DNA of 63,929 bases, the filler included, from Thraustochytrium aureum (Eukaryota), in NCBI GenBank assembly GCA_012862495.1. It is 4 parts of 3 records of this genome, joined end to end, with 100 filler letters (N's around TTAATTAATTAA, not from the genome) between each part and the next. Parts side by side here need not be neighbours in the genome. Positions count along the whole stretch, not along the records: positions 16,562 to 41,174 come from BLSG01000418.1; positions 41,275 to 53,009 come from BLSG01000418.1; 2 more parts are not named here. One strand, given 5' to 3'. The first letter of the stretch is position 1. Each line of letters starts with the position of its first letter. Positions 31,680-44,584 of the stretch are shown here, one piece after another. The translations under genes and the position numbers were made by a program. The notes beneath the pieces are model-generated. The model did no database searches. It had not been told where the DNA came from and worked only from the letters and a program-made list of their open reading frames with translations.

Positions 31680-32825
31680 ATGGCGAGCTCGGCAGTGGTG
31701 GTGGTTGTCGGCGCTGGCGTCGTCGGGGTGAGCACGGCCATGTTCTTGAGCGAGCTTGGACGCAAGGTCGTGCTGGTCGAGAAGACACGCGTTGCAGCGG
31801 CTGCGTCTGGAAAGGCTGGAGGGTTTTTGGCAAGGGAGTGGGGCGGTGGAGCTGAGGCCGAGCTGCACAGGGCAGGGTTCGACTTGCACGCCGAGTTGGC
31901 GGCCAAGCTTGACGTAAAGTCGTACAGGAAGCTGCCCACCCTGCAAGCACGTATTCTGTCGCGAGCCAAGGCGACGGCCAAGGTTTCGGCAAGCCCTGGC
32001 CCACGTCTGCTGGACGCGGCATGCACGTCGAGCTCGATGATGGACGAAGGGACCGCGCAGGTGACGCCTCTTGAACTCTGCAACAAACTCATGGCCGCAG
32101 CGCAGGCGCACGGGGCCGAGCTCATATTGTGTGGCGCGAAGAGCCTCTTTCTGAATGGTACAAGTTCCAGCGGCGAACAGCTGCTCGGCGTCGAGCTTGA
32201 TGATGGCCGCCGCTTGCAAGCCGAGGCTGTCGTTCTGGCGATGGGACCTTGGACAGTGCAGGCCGAGGACTGGCTAAGCGGCATTGTGCCGCTTCGCGTT
32301 CCGATGGAGGGCATTGCGAGCAGCAGCGCGATCGTGCGCCGTCCGAAGGCGTGCAGCTGGACGCCACCGCTTGCTTTACGAGCGAAGACAGCCTGACACA
32401 GACGCACCTTGAATTCGTATCCCCGGCCGGACAACACACTATACGTGTGCGGGTTTGGAGGAAGCCCGCACCTTGACAAGCAGACAATCATTGGCACGCA
32501 CCCGGACGATGTTCCGTTCAACATGGCTCGACTTGGTCCAGTCCGCGACGCTTTGCGGAGGCTTACCGCTGAGGGCGTTGTGCCGAACCAAGACGGAGCT
32601 GTGGAGGAATCCTTCACGCTCCAGAGCTGCATGCGGCCTTGCGCAGATGACGCTCGACCGATGATTGGCAAGGTGCCAGGAACAAATTTGATTCTCGCCA
32701 CTGCGCACAACTGCTGGGGCATTCTTCTCGGCCCTATCACCGGGAAAGCAGTCGCGGAGCTGATCGTGCTGGGCGAGCCCTGCGTGGACCTGGCGCCGTA
32801 TGACCCGATGCGGTTCACGACCTGA
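31680..32825 (+). CDS. FAD-dependent oxidoreductase, DAO family (frameshift ~32350-32400)
   Basis: VVVVGAGVVG, ASGKAGGFLA, TAQVTP, YPRPDNTLYVCG, QSCMRP...PMIG and ATAHNCWGILLGPITG. Confidence 0.88.
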
Positions 32826-33118
32826 TATCGCCCCCCCCCACTCCCACCCCACTCGTCCTACAGCGAGCTTCTACCGACGACGCGCTCACCAAGGCGGCGT
32901 TCGAGATCGTGCTGGAGCGGGCATGAGGGATCTATTCTGCCCAAAGGTCCTGAGGCGCCGCAATGGTGCAACTGGACCAAGAACTCGCGCCAGACAACAG
33001 CTCGCCTTGCTTACGCGCCCGACTCAAGCGCCGACGAGCTGTGCCGCCAACGAGGCAATCCGCAACACTGATGGACGTAGTTCAAAGGGAATCTGTTGTT
33101 TTTGAAACTGCCAAGAGC

Positions 33119-36100
33119 CTACAGCTCGCGCATGCGGCGAAGCACGAGGTGCACGAACTGGCTGCTCGACTCGTTCGAGCGCACGAGGTCTTCAAGCTGC
33201 TCGAGCGCAGACTTCGGCTGCGAGGCGTCGTAGAAATTGACCAGCATGTGGTTGTGACGAAGCCATTTACGAAAATCGTCCGCCTTCGCGCCTGCCTTGG
33301 AGGTGCTGCCACTGTGCGCCTCGGTCGCGCGGCGGATCGCCCGAAGCTTGGCGTAGAGCACCGCAAGCGCGCCTTCGAGCACGAAGAGCATTGTCGAGCA
33401 CGTCCAGTGAACGTAGGTTGGCCCCCTGGGTACCCAAGCCAGGGGCGCTCCAGGACCGCCGCTTCCGCCTTTAGGGCCGCCCTCCGCCCGACCGCCAGCC
33501 AGCACCTCGAGGAACACCGAGCTCGCTGAGCGAGACACTGCCGCCAGTGAACGCGCCGTAAAGTCTGGACAAGTCACAAGCGCGCTCACCCCGACGGCAT
33601 GGTTGTTGACGGTCGCGGCGCCAGCTGCAAGACTCGAGCTGTTCTCTTTCGACGCCTGGGGGACGCCGACAGCGAACCCGCCCTCGCGAGCGCGGCAGTA
33701 GGCAATGGCATGCTGCAACAAGCGGCGCTGCTGCGAAGACACGTCCAAGTGGAACAGCGACGTTGTCTCGGCCGTGTTGTTGGTGCTAACGCCGCTGCCG
33801 GCCGCCCTGCCCGACGCGAACAAAAGATCCGGCGGGGCCTGGACGATCACCTCGGCGCGCTGCTTGTCAGCCCCCGTGGTCGTTGGCACAATCTCCGTCC
33901 AGGTACCCCGCTGAGGGCAGCAGAGCTCCTGAACAAGGTCGNNNNNNNNNNNNNNNNNNNNNNNNNNNNNNNNNNNNNNNNNNNNNNNNNNNNNNNNNNN
34001 NNNNNNNNNNNNNNNNNNNNNNNNNNNNNNNNNNNNNNNNNNNNNNNNNNNNNNNNNNNNNNNNNNNNNNNNNNNNNNNNNNNNNNNNNNNNNNNNNNNN
34101 NNNNNNNNNNNNNNNNNNNNNNNNNNNNNNNNNNNNNNNNNNNNNNNNNNNNNNNNNNNNNNNNNNNNNNNNNNNNNNNNNNNNNNNNNNNNNNNNNNNN
34201 NNNNNNNNNNNNNNNNNNNNNNNNNNNNNNNNNNNNNNNNNNNNNNNNNNNNNNNNNNNNNCTTGTCGCAGAGGACCATCAGAGGGCCTTGGCTCAGGTT
34301 GCCGAGGAAGCCACTCTCGACAAGGGCGAGTGCCCCAGTCTCGCGCTGCGCCACAGTGGTGAGCACCGCGAGGGAGAGCACATAGACACGGTCCACGCGC
34401 GTACTCGAGAACAGCTTGTCAGCAAACAGCCTGTCGACGACGAACGACAAAAGGTGCCTGAAGACGCCGCGGCGCCGCAACGCCGCGAGCCACTTGCCGT
34501 CCACGTCACAGTCGAGGAGGGATTTAAGGACACCGAGGGCAGTGAGCCGCGTCGCCAGGTCGTCCGCATCGACTGCGTCCGGGACAGCCATCTCCAAAAG
34601 GCCCGCCCCGCGCTCAGACATGCACAAGGCCTCCAGCGTCGTCGACGCGCGGGCGCGCAGCTCCTTGACTTGGTCGTCCCCACTGCCGACGTGCTCGGTT
34701 GCGGCGAGGAAGGCTTGTTCGGTGACCCAAGACGGCAACTGGCTGCGCGACACACTGAGCGCCTCGGCAAACAGCGCTCGGCTGCCGTGCAGTAGGAGGA
34801 GGATCGCCGTGTATAGCGAGGCGCGCATCTTCGCGGACGCGCTCTCGCCGTCCAGTCCGCCGCCCGTGCGGCCCTTTTTCCGAAGAGCCTCGAGGGAGTC
34901 CTCTAGCAACTGCCTGTGCTCCTCGCCCGAAATTCTCGCAAAGCCGGCGCGGGAGGAGCCCAGGACCGAGCCCGCTGCAGGGCGCGCAGCCACGCTCGGG
35001 CAGAACGACATGCAATTGTTGCCGGTTGCAGCTGTCGTCGCGAGCACGTCCAAGTGCAGCCCAGGGTGCTCCTCTTCGTCGCCAAAGCGCAGCTGCGCGA
35101 CGACGGTCACCACAAGGGCTGCGAGCTGGTCGGCTAGCGCAGCGGGGGTCCCCGGGAACCGCACCAACTTGTGGAGAATCGTGTCGCAGACCTGCTTGAG
35201 GAGCTTCTGGTCCGCTTTGCCGGGGCAGCAGCTGCGAATGAGGTCCTCGCGGCAGTCCACCAACGAGAGCTTGCCACGTCTTGCCAAGCCGCGATGACGT
35301 GAGCGCGAGCGGCGAGGCGCGCCTGGCCGGCGTTCCAGCCGACAGCCCATTCCTCGACACTGGCCCACCGATCCTGCCAGTCTCGCTTGTCTGCTTCGTA
35401 GCGCTCCACGAGCTCGCTGGAGGCAGACTGGGCGTCGAGCTCGTGGACCATTTCCTCAAAAGTCTCTCGCAGGGTGTCGACCTTGAGCCGGTAGAACTTG
35501 TGCCCGCCATACTCTGCAAAAGTGGCCCAGAGCGCGTCCGAGGAGCGCTGCAGGCTTCGAGCCTCGATCCGCTTGAAAAGGTCCGGAACGATATCTTGGG
35601 AAGCGCGCACCTTGTCATCGAGAGGGATGGTGTCGAGCACTTCCAAAATGAGCAGGTGGGTCTGGTCTACGTCCCTAATCGAGTCTTTTGTAAACAGGGT
35701 TGGAAGCAGATCGGCGCAGGTGACGTGGGGCAACGCTCCGGAGAGGGCCACCCTGAGATCGATCCCGACGCCGCTGAGCACCCACGCGATCGACTCGGTC
35801 CGCTTTGCGCTCACTTCACTGGGGCTCTTGGAGCGCGAGACCGTGTCTTGAAAGTGGCGCAGCCAAAACCGCCCGCGCTGCAAGTTGAGCCCGTGCGACA
35901 TGGCAAACCCAGTAAACCGGCTGTCGCAAAGGCGGTATACCATGCGATACATGAGCTCGACGATGTCGTCGTCGTCGTGCCAGGGGTGGCCCGGCTCGTC
36001 CAAAGTGTCCAGAACAACGTTCAGGCAGCTCGGCTCGGCCACCCCAGGGCTCAAGTCTACGGACTCAATACTTGCTTGATTGGATGCAATCTCGCCAAAG

Positions 36101-39100
36101 CCAAGCATGAGCTCCGAAAGATTGCCGCGCGGCTGCGAAAGCCCTTCGATGAGCAGCCCCAGAATGGACTTGTGCATCTGAGACTCGGCGTTGGCATCCT
36201 TCGACGACAGGTCCTCGACGGGGTCGTACTCGACAGGGCTCATGCTTTGCCCAACAGGCGAGTAGGCGCCTTCGCCCTGTGCTGCGGCGTGGCTGTCCTC
36301 GACCGCCATGGAAGGCGCCGCGTCAGGCAAAGCGAGCACACCGCCGCCGACTGACGCGAAGCCGTTCCCGGCAAAGCATGCTGCCAGATCTAGCGACATT
36401 GACCTGCCTGCGCTTTTTAACGCTTGCACGACCGACCCAGAGGAGGCTTGCTGCGCAAGGCGAAAAATGAGTCGGATTGCGTTCAGCCGCATCTCTGCCG
36501 AGTACGGGTAGCGAAACATGCCAGCCACGACATGCAGGCGCTCGCGCCTGTGCGTGAAAAGGCGGTGGAGGCGCTCGAGACGGTTGTCAAGCGCCGCGCC
36601 TGACGCGACGTTTTCCAGGAACNNNNNNNNNNNNNNNNNNNNNNNNNNNNNNNNNNNNNNNNNNNNNNNNNNNNNNNNNNNNNNNNNNNNNNNNNNNNNN
36701 NNNNNNNNNNNNNNNNNNNNNNNNNNNNNNNNNNNNNNNNNNNNNNNNNNNNNNNNNNNNNNNNNNNNNNNNNNNNNNNNNNNNNNNNNNNNNNNNNNNN
36801 NNNNNNNNNNNNNNNNNNNNNNNNNNNNNNNNNNNNNNNNNNNNNNNNNNNNNNNNNNNNNNNNNNNNNNNNNNNNNNNNNNNNNNNNNNNNNNNNNNNN
36901 NNNNNNNNNNNNNNNNNNNNNNNNNNNNNNNNNNNNNNNNNNNNNNNNNNNNNNNNNNNNNNNNNNNNNNNNNNNNNNNNNNNNNNNNNNNNNNNNNNNN
37001 NNNNNNNNNNNNNNNNNNNNNNNNNNNNNNNNNNNNNNNNNNNNNNNNNNNNNNNNNNNNNNNNNNNNNNNNNNNNNNNNNNNNNNNNNNNNNNNNNNNN
37101 NNNNCGGCTTCGCCGCCGGCCTCGATGATGAGCCCAACGAGCTGGGTGTAAAAGCTGGCCCCTTCGAGGATGCGGGTCATGACCCAAAACCCCGCCGACT
37201 CGGACCCCTCCGCCTCGATCGCCCAAGCACCGTTTCGACTGAAGGCCGGCCCAGCTCGTGCGTACTGGCTGAGAACGTGGTCGAAGATTCGCAAGCAGGA
37301 TGCTGCGAGGCGCCACTTTTCCCCCTCGTCGGCAAATTTGCGCTGGTCGAGCTTGAGGAAAACGTGCTCGAGCACAAAATCGAGCAGCGGGACGTACCAA
37401 GAAGACTCGGTCTGGTCGATGCTGCGCACGATCGCCCACACGAGGTCCAAAAAGCTACTGGTAAACGGGTACGTGTGCACCAAGGTCTCCCTTCGATCCA
37501 AGTCGGCGCGGACACAGCGGACTGGCCAAACTCTGCAGAGATGCGGGGCGGCGGCACGCGCGCCGCCTTCACTTGGAGCTGCTCCGACGGGGCCTTAAAA
37601 TGCTGCTGCTGCAACTGCTGTCCTGCACCGCTCATCGTGAACAGCGATCCGCCTTGGTGATTGGGTGCGCCTCCTGACCCGGGCCCGGCGCCCTGGCTCG
37701 ACGTCGAGCTCTGCCCGGTCGAGATCTTGCAGAAAATCTCAGATCGATCTTCCAGAGCGGGGACGAAGCTTGGCAACAACCCAGGTCAGTTGCGCTTTCA
37801 GCGCGGGCTCCAGGTCGAACTCGATGAGGTCGAGACAAAACAACGCCATTTCCTTGCACGAGCCCTGCATGTGCAAGGAGGCCTTGATAAACTCGCGGGC
37901 GCATCTGTCGGTTCGAATCGCGCTGTGGAGAACCCTCAGCCAGGCTGCGAGGACAAACTGGTCTGCAACGGGGATCTCGCGCGGGACCTCGTACCCCTGG
38001 ACGTGGTGGCCGGCGTACGAGCTGCCGCCAAGGCCCGTGTCGTACTGCAAATACATTTGCGAGACGTTGGCCAGCCCGGGTGCGCGAAGATGGCCGACAA
38101 AGTGTTTGAGCGCCTTGTGCAGGGTGGCCCAACTAAACTCGCCGCCGCGAGAGAGAAACCCGATCAGACTCTTCGCGCCGTGTTCCGTACCACCCGAGCG
38201 ACGCAAGAAAGCCGAGGTAGGCCACATAAAGCGAGTGAGGATCGTTCGACTTGGTCGCCACCTCCGCCACATCAATCACAAAGTCGAGTCCCGTGCGATC
38301 CTCGTCTGACCCCCAGTACCATTCGCCCAGCCCTGGCTCGAGGGCGTGCAAAGCCTGGATGAGGCCAAGCAGATCCTCCAGCGAATCCGGAAGCGCCCGG
38401 CTGTCCGGAATGAGGGACCCTTGGTCACCCTGCGCGGCACCTGCACCCCCGTAAGCGCCAAAGCCCTGTCCGGGATGGGCGGCGATGCCATGCTCATACG
38501 GTGGGGCGTGCCGCGGTTCCACGGATTCCCTCTTGACGAGAAGTGCCCTGGGCGCGAGAATCTCATCGCCGATCGGTTCATCCAAGTTGTCGCGCGTCGG
38601 AGGACTGTCCACGCGCGCGGCGACGATGCGGCACGCGAGCACGTTGACAATGGCGAGGCCGTACGGGCGCAGGTCGTCGAGGATAAACTCTGGGGATCGC
38701 AGCACACCTCGCAGGAAAGCCAGGCCACGGCGCTCAAAGCCGATGTTGAACACTTGGTTGCGATGCTTGCGGGACGCGAGCGGAAGGTTGGGAAAGTTGC
38801 GCTGCTCCAACCCGCTCAACAGGCCGCCCCAAAACAAGAGGCAGGTCCCCAAGACACCGTCGTGGCGCCAGACCGCGCTTGGTGAGGCCGCCCCAGGGTG
38901 CGCAAGACCAAGCGTCGTCACGTTGCCGCCGGTGGGCGCAAAAAGGTCGCTGCTGCTCAGCGCGGGGGTGTCACTGGCAAAAGCGGCGGGGCTGGCGACC
39001 AGGATCTCGTTGAGCTGCTCAAGCCACTTGCTGTCTGCGGGGGTGAGGGGCTTGGGCACCTCAGTGCCTCGCGTCCTGTCGTACAATTCCACCTCGCGGT

Positions 39101-40100
39101 CCAATACGGCGCCAAGCGCGAGGAGGAGTAGGTACATGGTGCTGTAGGACGACGCCATTTCCGCGGGATTGTTGGAGACGNNNNNNNNNNNNNNNNNNNN
39201 NNNNNNNNNNNNNNNNNNNNNNNNNNNNNNNNNNNNNNNNNNNNNNNNNNNNNNNNNNNNNNNNNNNNNNNNNNNNNNNNNNNNNNNNNNNNNNNNNNNN
39301 NNNNNNNNNNNNNNNNNNNNNNNNNNNNNNNNNNNNNNNNNNNNNNNNNNNNNNNNNNNNNNNNNNNNNNNNNNNNNNNNNNNNNNNNNNNNNNNNNNNN
39401 NNNNNNNNNNNNNNNNNNNNNNNNNNNNNNNNNNNNNNNNNNNNNNNNNNNNNNNNNNNNNNNNNNNNNNNNNNNNNNNNNNNNNNNNNNNNNNNNNNNN
39501 NNNNNNNNNNNNNNNNNNNNNNNNNNNNNNNNNNNNNNNNNNNNNNNNNNNNNNNNNNNNNNNNNNNNNNNNNNNNNNNNNNNNNNNNNNNNNNNNNNNN
39601 NNNNNNNNNNNNNNNNNNNNNNNNNNNNNNNNNNNNNNNNNNNNNNNNNNNNNNNNNNNNNNNNNNNNNNNNNNNNNNNNNNNNNNNNNNNNNNNNNNNN
39701 NNNNNNNNNNNNNNNNNNNNNNNNNNNNNNNNNNNNNNNNNNNNNNNNNNNNNNNNNNNNNNNNNNNNNNNNNNNNNNNNNNNNNNNNNNNNNNNNNNNN
39801 NNNNNNNNNNNNNNNNNNNNNNNNNNNNNNNNNNNNNNNNNNNNNNNNNNNNNNNNNNNNNNNNNNNNNNNNNNNNNNNNNNNNNNNNNNNNNNNNNNNN
39901 NNNNNNNNNNNNNNNNNNNNNNNNNNNNNNNNNNNNNNNNNNNNNNNNNNNNNNNNNNNNNNNNNNNNNNNNNNNNNNNNNNNNNNNNNNNNNNNNNNNN
40001 NNNNNNNNNNNNNNNNNNNNNNNNNNNNNNNNNNNNNNNNNNNNNNNNNNNNNNNNNNCGTTCGTCGCCTCTCGCGTCCACCCCAACCTCAACAGCCGTC
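33119..40100 (-). CDS. NUP205: Nuclear pore complex protein Nup205/Nup192 (fragmented by gaps and indels)
   Basis: Very long helical protein. The ETLVHTYPFTSSFLDLV...FVLEHVFLKLDQRKFADEGEKWRLAASCLRIF and NLSELMLGF...SCLNVVL segments are typical of Nup205. The 5' boundary is uncertain. Confidence 0.75.
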
Positions 40101-41174
40101 GTCGGCCGCTCTTCGCTCGTTTCTAGAGGAGCAGCTCGCGCCGGCACCCTGACGCACGCCCGCGCCAGGTGCGCACCGCCCTGCCGCCAGCCAGGGGCCC
40201 AACCGCAACCGGCAGGATCCCTGCCGCTCTGCCGCCAGCCAAGAGCTCTGCCGCCAGCCAGCCAGCCAGCCAGCCAGCCAGGCAGGTATGCCACCCGCCA
40301 GGGGATGGAGCGCCAGGAAGGAGCGCGAAGCCCGTGCCTAGCCGACAGCCGGGAGCGCGCAGTGTCGTCCGGGCTCTGCGGGCCTCGCCGCCTGCTGCGG
40401 CTGCTGCTGCTGCTGCGGCGGCTGCTGCGGCTTGCGCTGCTGACGCTGTGCTCGAGTCCTGCTGGGCGTCCTGCGCCGTCCGCGCTCGCTCGGAAGAATC
40501 CTCTCCCTCCACCAGTGGGTAGCGTGACTGCCGCACGTTTTTCGCCTCCAAGGACTCAGGGCCAAGATAATTTTCTCAACGATGAGTTGGCTTGTTTTTG
40601 AATTCGGCGGGGCGGTGCGTGCCATGCTGCTCTCCCTCTTCTGCTCGGGCTGCGCCGTTGGTGGCGACGTGGCGCTCGCTGGCTGGCTGCATGCCGCCGG
40701 TTCTGCTCTGGCCTGCGGGTCTGTTCGTTTGTGGCCCTCTGCGCCGCCAAGTCGGTCGGTCGTTGACCATGTTGGGGCTGCTCGAGGTATTTTTGGGGGC
40801 GAAGACCGCCGACGACGGCGCGTGGCTACTTTCCGGAGCACGGGGATCGCGCCCCAGGTCCCTGACGCAGCAGCATGTCGCCGGCCGCCCAAATGTCACC
40901 TGGAGGGCTCAGGCGCCTTGCAACGCGGCGGCCACACTCAAGAAAAGGGTCCAAAACAAGGGAGTACTAGTACTTGCAAAGTACTCGTCAGCATGCACGG
41001 TTTCGTTGGAGTTCTGTTCTGAATGATGAGGAGGCTGCGCGAGCGACGCCAATGGATACGTTGACCTTCCACGATCTGAAGGGAAGCGGTCACTGTCGCG
41101 TTCTCCTCGTCGTCGGAAATCGTGCTTCCTTGCCGGCCATGAAAACACCGTTCGCAACCGCTTGGAACGCGACG

Positions 41175-41274
41175 NNNNNNNNNNNNNNNNNNNNNNNNNN
41201 NNNNNNNNNNNNNNNNNNTTAATTAATTAANNNNNNNNNNNNNNNNNNNNNNNNNNNNNNNNNNNNNNNNNNNN
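41175..41274. other. Artificial scaffold linker
   Basis: TTAATTAATTAA at 41219-41230 between N runs. Confidence 0.97.
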
Positions 41275-41670
41275 TAGCTAGCCATGCGCAGGAGGTACAT
41301 TGTGTGTGAAGATAGACCGAGGGCTATCGTATTGCACTTGCCTGGATCCGCGCAGGGTATACGGAGGCATTCGTATTGTGCTTCGGACAAAGTGGGCGTA
41401 ACCTGCGGGGGTGCGTTGATAAGAGCGCAAGGTGTACCTTATTAAAATTACAGCGTCGAGTCGACCCGCCAGTGCAAGTTGCTCTCTCACTCCACTCCAG
41501 CGGCGCTTGACAGGAACGTGAAACCGTTCGAGCGTTAGCGGTTCTCGTGGACACTATGCCGACAGGCCCGGGATCAAGTGGCTTGTCCAGAATCAAGCTG
41601 GTCATGCAGAGCGCGCTGCTCCGCTAGGCGCACCTTCGCGATTGCGCCTGCAGAGGCCCGTTGGTGCGGG

Positions 41671-43151
41671 CTACCTCCCGGGCGCAAAGCTTCCGAAATC
41701 TGGGCACCTTGGAACGCCGCTGCGCTCGAGCAACATCGGCCACATAAACTCGACAATGCACCCCCGCGCATCCGGCCCATCGCATCGGCACGGGCCCATG
41801 GCCCCTGTAGCCCGGTCAAACGCGCGGCAAGGGTCAGCAAGAAGAAAATACATCAGGCGGGCCCAGAGCTTTCGTGAGTGGCGCAAGAGCACTTCCCGGC
41901 CTACTGCAAACTGAGAGCAGCAGACGTGAGCACCATGGAGCAGCAGCCCGGCTGGCTGGGCCAAACCAACGGCGCAGAGTGACTCTGCGGCGCGACCCAC
42001 ATCGCTCGAGTCCAGGCCTTCCTGGCGACACAAGCCCCGATCCATGAGCGGGAGGTACTGACGTTCGTGGACGCTGGCAGGGTGCAGGGCGCAGAGGACG
42101 TTTGGGCCAGTTCGCCGCTGGCGCTTCCACGTTCGAGGCGGCGGCGGCGCCCCTTGGAAGCGCAAGACGTCTTCGACTGCGGCTTCGTGCCACGCCGAGA
42201 GCTGGCCGTGGTGGAAGACCATTACGTGAGGGAGCTGGTCGTAGTGCCGAAGGATGAAAGCCAAGTAGGCGGCGGACTCGTCCCCAGCGTTGACCGGGAG
42301 AGTGTAGCTGCGCTCGAACAGCGCCATGCCAACTGTGCGCTCCGCGGAACTCTGCGCGGCTTTTGCGATGTTCACATAGCAGTACGGCTGGTAGCGGAGC
42401 CAATCCGGCTCTGCGTTCCACAGCGCGGTAACGAGCACCGCGGACCGATTTCCGCCCAGCGCGGCGGCGCGAGGCATGCGGAGCGCTGCGGCTGAGCAGC
42501 ACCTGCCACGTCGGCTCCGCAGCTCTGTGCAGCGAGCAGAGCAGGCCTCAGAGCTAGCCCACGCCTCCAAGTCAGCAGGCCTCTCTATCTTGGGTGGCCA
42601 TTGCGCGAGATTGCCCGAGCAGGCGCGAGCGCTGTCCGGCTCTGAAGTTGAGCGACGCGTACTTTTCCTGGTCACGAGCTCTCTGAACGGCTCAACTCTT
42701 CCCCAATGCGCAAAGCATCGCGCTTTCTTCAGCCTCTCTTGCAGAGCTTCCGTGCTGCCTTTCCTGGAGAGCGCGAGAAGCTCGAGCTCTTCGCATAGCA
42801 GGACGTGCGTGAGCGGCTGCGAGCAGACACCACCTGCGAGCTCGCCGCCAACAAGGCCCTCCTGCAAGTCGCTTCGTTGCGCGCAGGGCAACTCATCGGC
42901 CGCGGCCACATTGTCCGCAGTCCAGGCCGCCTCCTCGCCCTCTGCGGGAGGCCCTGCGCAGTATGGCGGGGGCGAAAACTGCTGCAGGTCCACCTGGTCG
43001 CCCTCGTCTTCCGCACTGGCGGCCTTTCTTGGGCTCTGCCAGGGCCTTGGGCCTGCAGGTCGGGCCTCGTCACGGTCGACGCGAGGCCCGCCAGCGCGAG
43101 AGCGCCGCTCAGGAAGGCGAGACGCGCGAGCGGGCCCCGCGCGCCAGCCAT
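41671..43151 (-). CDS. DUF3431-family signal-anchored protein with SAP-like motif (frameshift near 43000-43060)
   Basis: GDESAAYLAFILRHYDQLPHVMVFHHG...AWH, CCSQFAV and IVEFMWPML. The N-terminal anchor MAGARGPLARLAFLSGALALAGLA is in a neighbouring frame. Confidence 0.75.
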
Positions 43152-43360
43152 CGTCACGCGCGCAAAGAGGTCACCCTCCACTGGCAGAGAGAGCCGAGTG
43201 AGTAGAGCCTCGTCGCGCAAGGACCTCAGGAGCGAGGCGAGCCCACGTCGGTGCCCCCCAGGCCGGCCCGCCGCAGTACAGGGAGGTGGGGCGGAGGGGT
43301 CGAGCGGGGCGCCCGCGTGGCTTCGCGGCGGCGGGCCTGCGCAATCGGCCAGAGGAAGAG

Positions 43361-43905
43361 ATGAGCGGCCCAGCAGACGTGCCTGCCAGCTGGTTCGCTG
43401 TGCACGTCAAGAAGGAGCGGTTCAAGTTCAACTGCGCGCACTTTGTAGCATTCGAGGGCTTCAGAGAGCGGCTGCACGGGCACAACTACCAAGTCGGCAT
43501 CACGCTGCGCGGACGGCGCGGCGCGGACGGGTACGTCGTAGACTTTGGCGACGTCAAGGAGCATGTGATGCGCATCTGCAAGCGCTGGAACGAGCACTTT
43601 ATCCTGCCCATGAGGAGCGACGTGATCCAGGTTGACTCGGAAAGCGACGCAGAGCAGGTCTCCCTGCTCTGCCAAGATGGCGCACGGTTTCAGTTTCCCA
43701 AGGGCGATTGTTTGTTTCTCCCAATCGTTCACTCCACTGCGGAAGAGTTGGCCGAGCTCTTCGCGCAGCTCTTAGTAGAGTCCATCTCGCCCGCGTTCTT
43801 GCAGGACCGCGGCGTGACGCACGTTGACGTGTCTGTGGCGGAGGCGCCAAACCAGGAGGCGATATTCTCGACGACGCTGGACGCGCTCGTTCAGGCTGTC
43901 GAGGG
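43361..43905 (+). CDS. 6-pyruvoyltetrahydropterin synthase-like, PTPS-III type (3' end in gap)
   Basis: FNCAHFVAFEGFRERLHGHNY, GYVVDFG, HSTAEELA and VSVAEAPNQEA. Confidence 0.9.
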
Positions 43906-44584
43906 NNNNNNNNNNNNNNNNNNNNNNNNNNNNNNNNNNNNNNNNNNNNNNNNNNNNNNNNNNNNNNNNNNNNNNNNNNNNNNNNNNNNNNNNNNNNNNN
44001 NNNNNNNNNNNNNNNNNNNNNNNNNNNNNNNNNNNNNNNNNNNNNNNNNNNNNNNNNNNNNNNNNNNNNNNNNNNNNNNNNNNNNNNNNNNNNNNNNNNN
44101 NNNNNNNNNNNNNNNNNNNNNNNNNNNNNNNNNNNNNNNNNNNNNNNNNNNNNNNNNNNNNNNNNNNNNNNNNNNNNNNNNNNNNNNNNNNNNNNNNNNN
44201 NNNNNNNNNNNNNNNNNNNNNNNNNNNNNNNNNNNNNNNNNNNNNNNNNNNNNNNNNNNNNNNNNNNNNNNNNNNNNNNNNNNNNNNNNNNNNNNNNNNN
44301 NNNNNNNNNNNNNNNNNNNNNNNNNNNNNNNNNNNNNNNNNNNNNNNNNNNNNNNNNNNNNNNNNNNNNNNNNNNNNNNNNNNNNNNNNNNNNNNNNNNN
44401 NNNNNNNNNNNNNNNNNNNNNNNNNNNNNNNNNNNNNNNNNNNNNNNNNNNNNNNNNNNNNNNNNNNNNNNNNNNNNNNNNNNNNNNNNNNNNNNNNNNN
44501 NNNNNNNNNNNNNNNNNNNNNNNNNNNNNNNNNNNNNNNNNNNNCCCCGTTCGCGGGCGGGGCAGAGTGCGAGCGGACGGGCGA

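Noticed and set aside
31275..32219. N-terminal extension of TAF2 in the 850-aa ORF
   Set aside because: It overlaps the DAO-family gene on the opposite strand. TAF2-like sequence begins at MNQLRV (31274).
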